DNA of 64,000 bases from assembly GCF_963921235.1 (NCBI RefSeq), contig NC_086109.1, positions 38,132,001 through 38,196,000 on the forward strand, written 5' to 3'. This document shows positions 62,761 through 64,000 of this stretch, piece after piece. Position 1 is the stretch's first letter. Every line of letters begins with the position of its first letter. This DNA comes from Mobula hypostoma (Eukaryota). Position numbers and translations under genes: made by a program. The notes below the pieces were generated by a model. The model was not told the origin of the DNA and made no database searches. It saw only the letters and a program-made list of their open reading frames with translations.

Positions 62761-62944
62761 AATGTCCTCCAGATGCTACAATTAAGACACAGACTGCTAT
62801 TGTGTAAAAGCTACAAATTATATTTCATTGTAGCTCATATATTTAATTGAATCTTACTTAAATGAACATTGAGGTGACAATCAAATCAGCTATGACCAAA
62901 GCTAAGTGGTATTTTCCTAATATGCATGTAGCTCTTTTGATGCA

Positions 62945-63620
62945 TTAGATTAGATTATGAGGACACTCAGTCCTCGTTTATTGTCATTTAGAAATGCATG
63001 CATGCAATAAGAAATGATACAATGTTCCTCCAGAGTGATATCACAAAAAAAAGGACAAACCAAAGTCTAACACTGACAAGACCACATAATTATAATTATA
63101 ACATATCGTTACAGCAGTGCAAAGCAATACCATAATTTGATAAAGAACAGACCATAGGAATGGTAAAAAAAAAGTCTCAAAGTTCAGATCAACTGCCGAT
63201 AGTCCCCGACAGCAGGCGGCAGAAGGGAGAAACTCTCTCTGCCATAAACATCCAGGCACCAACAACTGTCGATGCATTTGAAGCACCCGACCCTAGCCAA
63301 CTCTAAGTCCGTCTGAAAACTTCGAGCCTCTGATCAGCCCTTCGACACCAAGCACCATCTCTGCTGAGTGCTTTAACCCCGTCCCGGCTGCCGAGCAACA
63401 AGCAAAGCCGAGGATCCGGGGCCTTCCCCTCTGGAGATTCAGGATCACACAGTAACAGCGGCAGCAAAAAAGGCATTTCAGAAGTTTCTCCAGATGTTCC
63501 TCCGTTCTCTCACGTCTGTCTCTATCAAATCAGAATTATGCACGGCACCCTACTTGACAGATTACAGACATCATTCACTGGAGTGGCCGCGCAAGCTGTG
63601 TCGAGCCACCATCTTCTCCT
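62945..63620 (-). repeat. Interspersed non-coding repeat, longer copy of the 47353-47885 family
   Basis: (ATCTA)n tail on the minus strand; the other end reads GGAGAAGATGGTGG (YY1-like). Confidence 0.75.
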
Positions 63621-64000
63621 CCATGATGAAAAATGTACAAGGCCATTAATTTCTCTACTGATGGGAGGCATGAGAGGAAGAAGGCATAGTTGAAATCAGC
63701 AGCTGAGGAGGGCCCAGGCTCATGGAATCTATGCTGCCACTTCAGCAGATCAGGAAATGTAGTCATGGTAACATGTTTACCTATATCCTGATCAGTGAAT
63801 AATTTACATCCTCTCAGTCTGCCATCATGTGTCTATTCCAGCTCATCACTCCTTATACCAACTCTTCTTCATATTTTAGCACCTGATCTGTCCAGCCACC
63901 AGTATTATTCATAAGAAATAAGGACATTCACCCCTCACACCTACACTGCCATGCAATAGAACTCTTACCGATTACTTACTTCAGCATCACTTTCAGCAAT

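Overview
Repeat-dense eukaryotic DNA with no protein-coding host gene that I can support, so probably intronic or intergenic. The repeat repertoire (CR1 LINEs with short tandem tails, V-SINEs, Penelope-like elements, Rex1-like LINE fragments) suggests a vertebrate, probably a cartilaginous fish (inference). The larger elements are a near-full-length RTE LINE (9841-14102, -), a complete but decayed chromodomain-bearing Gypsy LTR retrotransposon (22159-27556, +), a young 5'-truncated L1 with a 22-bp TSD (39400-41091, -), Penelope-like elements, MITEs and a solo LTR, many of them nested. The most interesting signals are RNA structures. (i) A ~550-bp non-coding, RTE-like retroelement (57189-57737) starts with an HDV-like ribozyme fold that carries an unusual hairpin inside L3. 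(ii) A related HDV-like fold sits in the RTE 5' UTR, with a relic in a second RTE 5' fragment. (iii) Penelope termini carry many minimal hammerhead motifs. (iv) The Gypsy element has a self-priming-type PBS. All folds were assigned by eye and are untested. Boundaries of old repeats are approximate.
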